Positions 19,301 through 28,601 of a stretch of DNA of 64,000 nt are shown here, piece by piece (position 1 is the stretch's first letter; each line of letters begins with the position of its first letter). The stretch lies in NCBI GenBank assembly GCA_045863475.1, contig BTUR01000004.1:2628-66627 (forward strand), written 5' to 3'. The notes under the pieces were generated by a model. That model worked only from the letters and a program-made list of their open reading frames with translations, had not been told where the DNA came from and searched no databases. The translations under genes and the position numbers were made by a program. The DNA comes from Candidatus Campbellbacteria bacterium. GTDB lineage: Bacteria > Patescibacteriota > Minisyncoccia > Phycocordibacterales > EsbW-18.

Positions 19301-19890
19301 AGAATGCGGCACGCGCATCACAGTCCATTATTTCAGAAGACGGTCTGAAGCTTGTCATTGCATCTGCTGAAGGCAACGAACAGAAAGCGCTTGAACGCCT
19401 CACGGCAGTTATTGAAGTGGCCAAGACGCGCTACCCGCGCGAAGACGGCTGGCTCGTGCTTGATGCAACACGCATCCGCGAATCACTCTTTATCTCGATT
19501 CTCTCAACAGTCCCGCTTTTCATTGAATGGATTGTTCGTGGAGAAGACCGCAACATCTTCAGCTTCCTGCGCATGCTTAAGTCACAGAACCAGCCGGTTG
19601 CAGACTTCATCCGTAAGGTCGTTGCAGAGCTCGACAATGCGCACCGCGCACGCCTCGAAGGGGCAAGCGACGTGACCGTTGACCCGCATGTTGCCGAGGT
19701 AACGTACCATCTCTCAAATCGTGATTTGGAGATGATCGTCTCGGAGCTGCTCTCAGGTGTTGACGAACGATATGACTCCGCCTTTACGTCCGTTCGCCTC
19801 GCTTTGGTTCGCGTGCTCGATATCGTCAAAGCAAACCACATGACGCGTATTGGGGGCACCTACGCCTTCCAGGAGGGCTCGGAGGCCTAA
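16330..19890 (+). CDS. Large surface protein with 5 Ig/prealbumin-like repeats, a VPYTG sorting signal and a long C-terminal tail
   Basis: Signal-like N-terminus; 5 x ~92-aa 'TLTVIKTVINDDGGT...C.ITNND' repeats; VPYTG-TM-RRR followed by ~300 aa. Confidence 0.85.
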   Translation: MKTNFAHMLSTTTAKALSIGVTLFIVTLSVVAPQTIASLDAQIAADTDSEKSEKAEPQEQEPQEQEPTTTGGGSSTKPNPKDESPEVSCETPTTEEGFRAIRDNMGRWDWDLENGSVTIRNNDENCSWPVGLKSFKIYSEQNPQNGQTRFDEDWATLAPGETRTFQVDVPSCRYQLDALIFPAMPYTSAKLIRGEINFDLPVCERQLEPPACPFTPEDGTVVVFSQDSGTYLASTPASRHSIGPMHVTLPPGTYTVKTFSWDGYVGRENVMQIHEQWNVMLRDGAGTTTGLAGPTTDLADQVRQTSRIDTFINAFTATATTTRIFALHAFPNDTSSANSVVPVCAAFKRTALPPADPATLTVIKTVINDDGGTRQVSDFNLYVGTQNVTSGATNEFAPGTYTVREDNLPGYTASNWMGDCSATGQVTLAAGQHKICRITNNDNPPVPATITLIKTVLNDDGGTAEVSDFNLYIGNNAVQSGVPMQIGPGTYTAREDQLPGYTASDWMGDCSANGSVTVAAGEHKICRITNNDIPTEPQHATLTVIKTVLNDDGGTAEVSDFNLYVGTMQVTSGATNAFNPGTYTVREDQLPGYTASDWMGDCSADGEVTLVLGEHKICRITNNDNPFNPDDATLTVIKTVINDDGGTAQVEDFHLYVDELQVISGEENRFAPGTYTVHEANLPGYVASAWMGDCSADGQVTLASGQNKICRITNNDTPITNGETTITLIKTVINDDGGTAQVSDFNLYVGNTQVTSGNALSVTPGTYAVREDNLSGYTASGWTGDCSSDGSVTLASGDHKICRITNNDNAGGGGGGGGGGGGGGSRRPRVTLFSNPEILGASISLSQVPYTGLGTSILQIILFLIGLVAIAGGVTYMLLRRRFPAAGIEIPMEHAPILKAQTHTTPAPRVAYDDLDVAVADEGQDELAVYGEYEHAFVVEETPRTSMQVPTNLPVAPVAVASVVRQSPAARMVQEHREEKRQVAVSLGKLQNAARASQSIISEDGLKLVIASAEGNEQKALERLTAVIEVAKTRYPREDGWLVLDATRIRESLFISILSTVPLFIEWIVRGEDRNIFSFLRMLKSQNQPVADFIRKVVAELDNAHRARLEGASDVTVDPHVAEVTYHLSNRDLEMIVSELLSGVDERYDSAFTSVRLALVRVLDIVKANHMTRIGGTYAFQEGSEA
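17401..18756 (+). repeat. Five intragenic tandem domain repeats (~276 bp)
   Basis: Repeated 'AAGACCGTT..AACGACGA.GG.GG.ACG' and 'TG.CGCATCACCAACAA' segments. Confidence 0.9.
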
Positions 19891-19906
19891 ATTGACACAA
19901 TATTAA

Positions 19907-19942
19907 AAAATACGCCCCGCCGGAAACGGCGGGGCGTATTTT
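19907..19942 (+). terminator. Rho-independent terminator
   Basis: aaaatacgccccgccg-gaaa-cggcggggcgtatttt. Confidence 0.8.
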
Positions 19943-20043
19943 GTCGCCGGACCTTCATGTGGTATGATACGCCCGTTATTTGGCGTCGTTATGAGGTCGT
20001 AAGACATCAGATGCCGCCCGTTATCAGTGATAATTTCTTGGAC

Positions 20044-20295
20044 ATGTTAAACCGACAAAAAGGTGGCGCAGGTGTGACGATTCTCATTATCGTCGTACTC
20101 CTCATCCTTGCTGGCGTTCTCTTCTACACCAACAAGCAGGATGACGCAACTCCGATCGAAGACGCAGTCTCAGGCGACGAAACGGCAACAGACACGCCGG
20201 CAGTCGAGGGAGCAAGCGCAACGATTGAGGTTGGCACGGAAGCTGAAGCTTCTACTGAAGTTGCAGCCGAAGAAGGAACAGAAGCTACCAACTAA
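20044..20295 (+). CDS. Small membrane protein with prepilin-like N-terminus
   Basis: MLNRQKG|G followed by a hydrophobic helix and an acidic tail. Confidence 0.6.
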   Translation: MLNRQKGGAGVTILIIVVLLILAGVLFYTNKQDDATPIEDAVSGDETATDTPAVEGASATIEVGTEAEASTEVAAEEGTEATN

Positions 20296-20403
20296 CATCT
20301 CGTGCAGATGTATGAAAATCGTCCCGGTGTAACCGGGACGATTTTCTTTATTACGCGAACGGTTCTGGAAGTGCAGCCGCTTTCCGCGTATACTACGCCT
20401 GCT

Positions 20404-21498
20404 ATGTCACTTTCGCTAGGTATCGTCGGTCTGCCAAACGTGGGGAAATCCACGCTTTTTAACGCACTCACCAAACAATCGGTTCCGGCAGCGAACTATC
20501 CGTTTTGTACGATTGACCCGTCGGTGGGTATCGTGCGCGTTCCTGACGAGAGGCTTGATGCGCTCACAAAACTTTCAAAATCACAGCAAACCATTCCCGC
20601 GGCGGTACAATTTGTCGATATCGCGGGACTGGTCGCGGGTGCATCGGAAGGACAAGGACTCGGCAACCAGTTTCTTTCGCACATTCGTGAAGTGGATGCG
20701 ATTGCGCAGGTCGTCCGCATCTTTGAAGACGCGGACATTCTCCATGTGTCGGGTTCCATTGACCCGGTGCGCGACATTGAGGTTATCAATCTCGAACTCA
20801 TCCTTGCTGACTTACAGGCGGTGACGAAGCGCCTTTCTTCCGTTGAAAAAGAAGTACGCGCGGGTGACAAACACGCAAAGAGTGAACAATCGGGACTGAC
20901 AAAAGTAAAAGAGATGCTTGAGTCGAGCTCGTTTGCGTCGCGCGCGCAGTTGACCGACGAAGAGGCACTTGAAGTGCGGAAACTCACGCTCCTGACAATG
21001 AAAAAAATGCTCTATGTGCTTAACACCAAGTCAGGCGGACAGAACTTGGACGAAATCCGCGACGCACGCTGGGATGCGCTCATGGCGTTTTTTGAGAAAG
21101 AGCAGGCGGAGTACGTTGTGGTGGACGCAAACACGGAAGGGGAGCTCAATGCGCTTGATGTTGCGGAGCGCGCATCACTGCGCGAGGAGTTGCATGTGCG
21201 CGGAGGCATTGATGATCTCATCATTGCCGGCTACCGACTGCTTGATTTGATTACGTTTTTAACGACCGGCGAGAAAGAAACGCGTGCATGGACGACACAT
21301 CGAGGGGCCACTGCGCCCCAGGCAGGTGCGTCCATTCACACGGACTTTGAACATAAATTTATCCGCGCTGAGGTGGTGTTCTGGAAAGACCTCGTTGATG
21401 CGGGCTCGTATGCTGTTGCGCGAGAGAAAGGATTGGTGCGTACTGAAGGGAAAGAATACATCGTGAAAGACGGCGACGTCATTGAATTTAAAATCTAG
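20404..21498 (+). CDS. ychF: Redox-regulated ATPase YchF
   Basis: GIVGLPNVGKSTLFNALT, NYPFCTIDP, DIAGLV, EGKEYIVKDGD. Confidence 0.96.
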   Translation: MSLSLGIVGLPNVGKSTLFNALTKQSVPAANYPFCTIDPSVGIVRVPDERLDALTKLSKSQQTIPAAVQFVDIAGLVAGASEGQGLGNQFLSHIREVDAIAQVVRIFEDADILHVSGSIDPVRDIEVINLELILADLQAVTKRLSSVEKEVRAGDKHAKSEQSGLTKVKEMLESSSFASRAQLTDEEALEVRKLTLLTMKKMLYVLNTKSGGQNLDEIRDARWDALMAFFEKEQAEYVVVDANTEGELNALDVAERASLREELHVRGGIDDLIIAGYRLLDLITFLTTGEKETRAWTTHRGATAPQAGASIHTDFEHKFIRAEVVFWKDLVDAGSYAVAREKGLVRTEGKEYIVKDGDVIEFKI

Positions 21499-21621
21499 GC
21501 ATAAGCGCCTACTCCATCCGAATCTTCAATTTTTTCCGAGAGTTCACAAAACTTTTCTGCAACTCTTGACTCGCCATTGTCTTGTTGTAGTGTGTTAGTG
21601 GACTGGAAAAAGGAGGTAGGT

Positions 21622-22056
21622 ATGAACGACACAATTTCAAGACAGTTTGTGGCTGTGAGAGCCGTCCTTGTTCACGACGGCAAGCTTCTTTTGATTCGAG
21701 AATCTGCAAGGTATGAAGGAGGAACCAACACGGGAAAGTACGATTTCCCGGGAGGTAAGGTTAAGGTCGGGGAATCTTTCACCGATGCTATTCAACGGGA
21801 ATCAGAAGAAGAGATCGGTGTACGTGTCGAAATTGGCCAACCTTTCTATGTTGGTGAGTGGCGGCCGACTATCCGTGGAGAACAGGTTCAAATTGTCGGA
21901 ATCTTTTTCCTGTGTAAGCCCGCTTCCCTTGACGTAAAACTGGGCGCTGATCACGACGAACATGTCTGGGTCACTGTGTCCGAAGCTAAAAGGATGCCCC
22001 TTATCAAAGAGACGGGTGAGGCAATTGATTCACTTTTGCGGCAAAAACTACTGTAG
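21622..22056 (+). CDS. NUDIX hydrolase
   Basis: Nudix box PGGKVKVGESFTDAIQRESEEEIG; AAGGAGGT SD. Confidence 0.9.
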   Translation: MNDTISRQFVAVRAVLVHDGKLLLIRESARYEGGTNTGKYDFPGGKVKVGESFTDAIQRESEEEIGVRVEIGQPFYVGEWRPTIRGEQVQIVGIFFLCKPASLDVKLGADHDEHVWVTVSEAKRMPLIKETGEAIDSLLRQKLL

Positions 22057-22089
22057 GGATACAGTAGTTTTTACTTTTTACGTAAAAAA

Positions 22090-22629
22090 TTACAAAGGAA
22101 AGGGGCGCCGACTCGCTTGGAGTAACGGCGCCCGGGTGGGTTACCCGAAGGTCCCGTGGTTAATCGTCGCAGGGGGCAATATGCCTGGTTTCGCGCAGAG
22201 CGCTCAAATCGCAGGGACACTGGCCGCTCGACGAAACCTCCGTACCGAGGGATAGAGCCCGACCGATCTATAGACCGATCTCTGGGTGCTACTTGGTGCA
22301 TCGCTGTTTGTGGGCGGGGGGTAGTGGAAGTTACCCTCGCGCCGTCTTTTCTCTGCCCCGTAGGGCGGGTTACCGAGTACCGCTTCTCGTGCAGACTCTC
22401 ATCTGCAGCGATTCCCTCCAAGGGTCCGGTTTCTCGGTGCGGGAGATGGCATCTCCCACTCTTCTTTTCTCTCTTCCTTCTGTCGTGGGGGTTGGCTGCC
22501 ACGCTTTTTAGGGCGGGGGCCGTGCGAGCATAGCGCTCCTCCGTGGGGATACGAAGATGGGGAGTAGAAGAACAGCGACAAAGAACAATCCCCTGAGAAA
22601 CCCCGTTTTTCAACGGCGTTTTGCAGGTG
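22090..22629 (-). ncRNA. Candidate large structured ncRNA (~540 nt), family unrecognised
   Basis: GC-rich, with many hairpins and no credible ORF; it has its own promoter and a terminal hairpin followed by a pyrimidine run. Confidence 0.55.
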
Positions 22630-22635
22630 CTGACG

Positions 22636-22664
22636 ATACTACTCTCCGTTCAAAATACTGTCAA
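22636..22664 (-). promoter_or_regulatory. Near-consensus sigma70 promoter
   Basis: Minus strand TTGACA-N17-TAGTAT. Confidence 0.7.
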
Positions 22665-22712
22665 GCATTGTGTGGTGGTATACTGGGTACATACCAATAA
22701 CCTTAATTTCGT

Positions 22713-23645
22713 ATGGAAACTCAACTTGAGAAACCGAAGATGACGCCGAAGGACTTCTTTTTGTACCTCGGCGTTGCTGTGTCGCTCTATGCGTCGGCAG
22801 GTGCACTGCTTGCACTTTTGTTCAGCATCATAAATATTGCACTTCCTGACCCGCTCAATCCGTACTATGCCGCGACATGGGCAAGCAGCGGTATGCGCTT
22901 TGCCATTTCAACACTGCTCGTCGCGTTTCCGGTCTATCTCGCCATCTCATGGCTCATCCGGAAAGATATTGCGGGTAACGTTGCGAAGTACCAACTTTCC
23001 GTGCGTAAGTGGTTCATTTACTTCACGCTCTTTATCGCCGGTGCGGCTATCGCAGGAGACCTCATCGCGTTGGTAAACACGTACCTAAACGGTGAAATTT
23101 CCGCACGCTTCATCTGGAAGATGTTTGCAGTGTTTGGTGTTGCGGGTGTTATCTTTGCCTACTATTTCTACGACATTAAACGTGCGGCAGCGGGAAACAC
23201 GAAGACAAATACAACACTCATTATTGTTGCCGCGGCAGGTGTGCTGGCTGCCGTTATCGCAGGGTTCTCAGTTGCCGGTTCGCCAGGGGAGATTCGCGAA
23301 TTGCGCTTTGATGAGCTGCGCATTGCCGACCTCCAGAGCATTCAGTGGCAGGTAACTGAGTACTATCAGCGTCATAAAACCCTCCCCGCAGATCTCGGCG
23401 CACTCCAAGACGACATCTCAGGCTACCGAGCACCGGTTGATCCTAAAACGGGTGAGGCGTACGAATACGCAGTGAAGAGTCAGCAGACACTGACGTTTGA
23501 GTTGTGCGCGACGTTTGGTGCATCCACCATCGATGCGACGAGCTCATACGCGGAACCGTCAGGAGAGACGTTCCGACACGAAGCCGGTCGCGTGTGCTTT
23601 ACGCGGACCATTGACCCCCTGGCGTATCCGATTCTGAAGCAGTAG
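22713..23645 (+). CDS. DUF5671-like membrane protein
   Basis: 'PKDFFLYL', multiple TM helices, 'D..RI.DLQSIQ', 'DPKTGEAYEY...FELCATF'. Confidence 0.7.
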   Translation: METQLEKPKMTPKDFFLYLGVAVSLYASAGALLALLFSIINIALPDPLNPYYAATWASSGMRFAISTLLVAFPVYLAISWLIRKDIAGNVAKYQLSVRKWFIYFTLFIAGAAIAGDLIALVNTYLNGEISARFIWKMFAVFGVAGVIFAYYFYDIKRAAAGNTKTNTTLIIVAAAGVLAAVIAGFSVAGSPGEIRELRFDELRIADLQSIQWQVTEYYQRHKTLPADLGALQDDISGYRAPVDPKTGEAYEYAVKSQQTLTFELCATFGASTIDATSSYAEPSGETFRHEAGRVCFTRTIDPLAYPILKQ

Positions 23646-23725
23646 CAGAGTATGCGCCGCCCCGTCCTCAAAAAGAGGGCGGGGCGGTTTTCGTATCTGT
23701 GCCGTGTGGTGTAGTATGTCCTCAC

Positions 23726-26119
23726 ATGGAAGGGTATGACCACAAACAGATAGAGCAGAAGTGGCGCGCACAGTGGGAAAAAGACGAACCGTGGCGCGCA
23801 CGGGACAACAGCGAGAAACCGAAATATTACACACTTGTTGAATTCCCGTATCCGTCAGGCAATCTCCACGTCGGACACTGGTACGCGTTTTCGGTACCGG
23901 ACATTTTTGCACGCTACCAGCGCATGAAAGGATTCAATGTGCTGTATCCGATGGGATTTGATGCGTTCGGGTTGCCGGCGGAGAACGCGGCTATCAAGCA
24001 CAAACTCAACCCGAGGGAGTGGACGCTTTCAAATATTGAGTACATGCGCAATCAACTGCGTTCTATGGGTGCGACATTTGATTGGTCGCGCGAAGTCGTT
24101 ACCTGCGACCCGTCGTACTATCGCTGGACGCAGTGGCTCTTCACGCAGTTTTTCAAAAAAGGACTCGCGTATCAGAAAGAAACGGAAGTAAACTGGTGTC
24201 CGTCATGCAAGACGGTGCTGGCGAATGAGCAGGTTGTCGCGGGGAAGTGCGAGCGCTGTAACACCGAGGTAGAGAAGCGCTCCATGCGTCAATGGAACCT
24301 CAAGATTACCGACTACGCGCCGCGGTTGCTGAAAGATCTCGAAACTGTTTCATATCCGGAACCTATCAAAGAAGCGCAACGCAACTGGATAGGAGAGTCG
24401 CACGGCGCGGAGTTGCACTTCAAGATTACAAATGCAGATGAAGTCATCACGGTGTTTACAACACGACCCGATACGCTTTTTGGCGCAACGTATGTAGTGC
24501 TCTCTCCCGAGCATGAGCTTGTCGAGAAACTTTCTTCCCGAATCACCAATATCGACACAGTACGCGCGTATGCGAAAGAAGCGTCTAAGAAAGCTGAGAT
24601 TGACCGTATTGCCGAAGGAAGGGAAAAAACAGGCGTGCGTCTTGAGGGTGTTATGGCACTAAACCCCGGAAACGGCGAGGAGATTCCGATATTCATTGCC
24701 GACTACGTGCTCTCCACATACGGCACTGGTGCCATCATGGCGGTTCCAGCACATGACGAGCGCGACCATGCGTTTGCTACAAAATTTGATTTGCCGATTA
24801 TCGAGGTTGTACACGGCGGCAAGGGAGAATTGTTTGAGGGTGACGGACCACTCACGAACTCAGGTGAGTTCACTGGTATGAACAGTGTTGAGGCGCGCGA
24901 AAAAATTACACAGCACGTCGGTGGTGAAATGAAGACGACATACCGTATGCGTGACTGGATTGTGTCGCGTCAGCGATATTGGGGATGTCCGATTCCCGTT
25001 ATTCACTGCAATACGTGCGGGCCAGTTGTCGTTCCTGAACAAGACCTTCCCGTTGTACTTCCGGAGATTGATGACTATCTGCCGACAGGGGACGGAAAGT
25101 CGCCGCTGGCAAAAGCGTCCGACTGGGTGAAAACAAAATGTCCGAACTGCGGCGGGGACGCATCACGCGAAACCGATACACTCGATACGTTCATCGACTC
25201 GTCGTGGTACTTTCTGCGATACACCGACCCGCACAATGAAAAAGAATTCGCATCAAAGGAAAAACAGGACATGTGGATGCCGGTGGACTTTTACTCCGGC
25301 GGCGCGGAACACACGACGATGCACCTGTTGTACTCGCGGTTCTTCCACAAAGTGCTCTTTGACCTCGGACTTGTATCTGAACCCGAGCCGTATCAACACC
25401 GCATGAACCGCGGGCTTATCCTGGGACCCGACGGCAACAAGATGAGTAAGTCACGCGGTAACGTCGTTGACCCGGATGAATACGTGCGCAACCTCGGTGC
25501 TGACACTGTGCGCATGTATCTTGCGTTCATCGGTCCGTACAACGAGGTCGGTTCGTATCCGTGGAACCCGGATTCCATTGTCGGTGTCCGTCGATTTCTT
25601 GAGCGTATCGTCAAACTTTCAGAGCGTCTTGGAGAAGGCGCGTTATCCGACGACGCGCACCGCGTTTTACACGAGACGGTCAAAAAGGTGGGGGAGGAGA
25701 TTGAAAGCTTCAAATTCAATACCGCGGTGTCGGCGTTTATGATTTGCCTGAATACCCTTGAGAAGGAAAAAAACGTTCCGAAGGGGGCATTTGAGATGCT
25801 TCTGAAGACGCTCGCACCCTTTGTTCCGTTCCTCACCGAGGAGCTCTGGGAACGCCTCGGATACCCGGGGTCTGTCCACCAAGAGGCCTGGCCGGCGTAT
25901 GACCCGCAAGCGCTTGTCAAAAAAGAGATATATGTTATAATCCAAGTCGACGGTAAGGTTCGGGGTAAGGTTTCGACCTACCCGGGGGCTACCCAAGACG
26001 AGATTTTGTCCTTGGTATATAAGGACGAAAAGGTCGTGGGGTACCTCGGAGGCAGGGAGCCGGAACGGGTGGTTTTTGTCCCCGATCGGCTGATAAGCTT
26101 CGTGATGCCGAAATCTTGA
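23726..26119 (+). CDS. leuS: Leucine-tRNA ligase
   Basis: FPYPSGNLHVGH, FTTRPDT, SRQRYWG, KMSKS. Confidence 0.96.
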   Translation: MEGYDHKQIEQKWRAQWEKDEPWRARDNSEKPKYYTLVEFPYPSGNLHVGHWYAFSVPDIFARYQRMKGFNVLYPMGFDAFGLPAENAAIKHKLNPREWTLSNIEYMRNQLRSMGATFDWSREVVTCDPSYYRWTQWLFTQFFKKGLAYQKETEVNWCPSCKTVLANEQVVAGKCERCNTEVEKRSMRQWNLKITDYAPRLLKDLETVSYPEPIKEAQRNWIGESHGAELHFKITNADEVITVFTTRPDTLFGATYVVLSPEHELVEKLSSRITNIDTVRAYAKEASKKAEIDRIAEGREKTGVRLEGVMALNPGNGEEIPIFIADYVLSTYGTGAIMAVPAHDERDHAFATKFDLPIIEVVHGGKGELFEGDGPLTNSGEFTGMNSVEAREKITQHVGGEMKTTYRMRDWIVSRQRYWGCPIPVIHCNTCGPVVVPEQDLPVVLPEIDDYLPTGDGKSPLAKASDWVKTKCPNCGGDASRETDTLDTFIDSSWYFLRYTDPHNEKEFASKEKQDMWMPVDFYSGGAEHTTMHLLYSRFFHKVLFDLGLVSEPEPYQHRMNRGLILGPDGNKMSKSRGNVVDPDEYVRNLGADTVRMYLAFIGPYNEVGSYPWNPDSIVGVRRFLERIVKLSERLGEGALSDDAHRVLHETVKKVGEEIESFKFNTAVSAFMICLNTLEKEKNVPKGAFEMLLKTLAPFVPFLTEELWERLGYPGSVHQEAWPAYDPQALVKKEIYVIIQVDGKVRGKVSTYPGATQDEILSLVYKDEKVVGYLGGREPERVVFVPDRLISFVMPKS

Positions 26120-26179
26120 CGTTAATTCTATATAGTGATAGACTGATAGCCGAATCAACCTTCTAATACAGCCTCTGGT

Positions 26180-27250
26180 ATGTCAAAAACAACCAAAAAA
26201 GCGACAGGCGCGAAAGGACGGACCGCAACGGTTTCGTTCAACGCAAAACAGGTCAATAAGCGCTTGATGAGCGCTCTTTCTGAGCGTGCACGCGACGTTT
26301 TGACGAAGCGCTACGGTCTCGGAGAGAAAACAAAGCGCATGACGCTTGAGGCAATCGGCGAGCAGTACAGCATTACCCGTGAACGCGTTCGTCAGATTGA
26401 GAATTACGCAATCGCATCCATTCGCAAGTCGGATGTCTACGAAAAAGAAACAAAGGCCTTCTCAGAGTTGAAAGAGACACTCATGTTTTACGGTGGCATC
26501 GCATCTGAGCAACACTTTCTCGAACACCTCTCAGCTGATCCGGGACTGCGCAACCATCTGCACTTCATGCTCGTTGTCGGTCACTTTTTTGAAAAGCGAA
26601 AAGAAGACGAACACTTCCATCACCGCTGGCACACAGACTCCGCAACTGCGCAGAAAGTTGAGGATGCACTCCACAAGCTCTACGGCTCGCTTTCATACGA
26701 AGACCTTGTCTCTGAACAAGACATTATTTCGACGTTCCTCAACCTTTTCAAAGATATTACCGACGAGTACCGCAATGACGAGATTGCGCGCCGCTGGCTC
26801 TCACTCTCGAAGGTCATTGGAGTGAACCCACTGGGTGAGTGGGGACACGCCGCATCACCGAATGTGACGCCGAAGGGTGTCCGCGACTACGCATACCTCG
26901 CTATTCGAAACCACGGATCACCACTGCACTTCTCGGAAGTCAGCAAGCGCATCAACGAGCTGTTTGATAAGAAGGCACACGGTGCAACGGTGCACAACGA
27001 ACTCATCAAAGACAAGCGTTTCGTGCTTGTCGGACGCGGTCTCTACGCGCTTACTGAGTGGGGGTACGTTGAGGGAGTTGTACGCGATGTCATCAAGAAG
27101 ATTCTCAAAGAACACGACGCACTCTCACGCGAGCAAATAATTGATAAGGTGCTCAAAGAACGTTACGTCAAACCCAACACAATTGTCGTCAACCTCCAGG
27201 ATGCGAAGCACTTCGTGCGCAACCAGGACGGTACCTATTCTCTGGTCTAA
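26180..27250 (+). CDS. Sigma-70 region-4 HTH plus winged-helix (HARE-like) protein
   Basis: 'RYGL...MTLEAIGEQYSITRERVRQIE'; 'TVHNELIKDKRFVLVGRGLYAL.EWGY'. Confidence 0.8.
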   Translation: MSKTTKKATGAKGRTATVSFNAKQVNKRLMSALSERARDVLTKRYGLGEKTKRMTLEAIGEQYSITRERVRQIENYAIASIRKSDVYEKETKAFSELKETLMFYGGIASEQHFLEHLSADPGLRNHLHFMLVVGHFFEKRKEDEHFHHRWHTDSATAQKVEDALHKLYGSLSYEDLVSEQDIISTFLNLFKDITDEYRNDEIARRWLSLSKVIGVNPLGEWGHAASPNVTPKGVRDYAYLAIRNHGSPLHFSEVSKRINELFDKKAHGATVHNELIKDKRFVLVGRGLYALTEWGYVEGVVRDVIKKILKEHDALSREQIIDKVLKERYVKPNTIVVNLQDAKHFVRNQDGTYSLV

Positions 27251-27304
27251 CACAACGCACAACAACGCCCCGCTCACGCGGGGCGTTGTGCTATCATACA
27301 AACC

Positions 27305-28600
27305 ATGAGCGAGTTGTTTCGGTCAATCATCGATGCAGTCGGCCCGGTGTGGCGCTTCATAGTCATCGTTTTTACCTACGCGCCTGTCTGGATGCCGGTA
27401 CTCCTGGTATTTGCCGGCTGGAAATCGTGGATGCGGTACCGCCGAACGCTCTTTTTGTCAAAAAAAGAACCGGCGCTTCTGGAAGTGCGTGTTCCGAAAG
27501 AGGTGAACAAATCACCGTTTGCGATGGAGATGGTGCTCAATGCACTCTATGCTCCTGGCGGAGAGGGAACTTGGAAAGAAAAATATTGGCAAGGCGGCGT
27601 CCGTCCGTGGTTTTCACTTGAGCTTGTATCTATTGAGGGGCAGGTGCGTTTTTTCATCTGGACATGGAAGGATAGCGTAAAGTCCATTCAAAACAGCATC
27701 TACGCGCAGTACCCGACGACCGAGGTGTTTGAGGTGCCGGACTATACACTCGCGTTTCTTTACGACCCGGATAAGGCGGATATATCGGCGGCAGAATTTA
27801 TTCTCAGCAAACCCGACCCGTATCCGATTAAAACGTACGTTGACTACAAACTTGATAAAGACCCAAAGGAGGAGTTTAAGGTAGATCCGATTGCGCCAGC
27901 GCTTGAGTATCTCGGTGGCCTCGGGAAAGGTGAGCAAGTGTGGATACAGATTTTGGTGCGTGCGCACAAGAAGGAAGATTCAAAGGGCGGGTCGTTGTTC
28001 GGCATCATCAAGTCGGTGGAAGACCTCTTTGACATCAACAAGAAAGTGAAGGAACACTTTGAAAAGACCGACAAGTGGAAGGATGATGTGAAAACTGAGA
28101 TCGACAGCATCATTAAGAAGCGCAAGATACAAAGCGGTAAGGATGAGGAGTTTGGCATGGTGCAGCTCACAACGCAGGAAAAAGACACAATAGAAGCACT
28201 TGAGCGCAGTGTTACAAAACTGCCGTTTGACGTCGGTATTCGCACGGTCTACCTCGCTGAGAAAGATTATTTCAATAAAGGAAACAAAGGAGCACTTAAC
28301 GGTGTATTTGCGCAGTACAACACCCAGCACCTCAACGGTTTCAAGAAAGTGAACGGTACGAGCTTTGACTACGACATTCAGGATCCGTTTGGCTGGCGTG
28401 TTGCGCGTATGAAGCGCGACATGTTTGAAGCGTACCGTTTGCGCAGTTACTTCCACCCGCCGTTTAAGAAAAAACACTTTGTGCTCAACTCGGAAGAATT
28501 GGCGACGATTTACCACTTCCCGGGAGGATCCGTGGCAACGCCAACCTTCGGACGCATCGAGTCGCAAAAGGCAGAACCTCCGATGAATCTGCCGGTCTAG
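27305..28600 (+). CDS. Conserved CPR-type hypothetical membrane protein
   Basis: N-terminal TM segment; 'WFSLELVS', 'PYPIKTY', 'EELATIYHFP...EPPMNLP'. Confidence 0.7.
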   Translation: MSELFRSIIDAVGPVWRFIVIVFTYAPVWMPVLLVFAGWKSWMRYRRTLFLSKKEPALLEVRVPKEVNKSPFAMEMVLNALYAPGGEGTWKEKYWQGGVRPWFSLELVSIEGQVRFFIWTWKDSVKSIQNSIYAQYPTTEVFEVPDYTLAFLYDPDKADISAAEFILSKPDPYPIKTYVDYKLDKDPKEEFKVDPIAPALEYLGGLGKGEQVWIQILVRAHKKEDSKGGSLFGIIKSVEDLFDINKKVKEHFEKTDKWKDDVKTEIDSIIKKRKIQSGKDEEFGMVQLTTQEKDTIEALERSVTKLPFDVGIRTVYLAEKDYFNKGNKGALNGVFAQYNTQHLNGFKKVNGTSFDYDIQDPFGWRVARMKRDMFEAYRLRSYFHPPFKKKHFVLNSEELATIYHFPGGSVATPTFGRIESQKAEPPMNLPV

Positions 28601-28601
28601 T

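Noticed and set aside
22071-22613. ORFs of 180 aa (-) and 125 aa (+) in the 22-kb gap
   Set aside because: Atypical composition, weak starts and no motifs; a structured RNA explains the region better.
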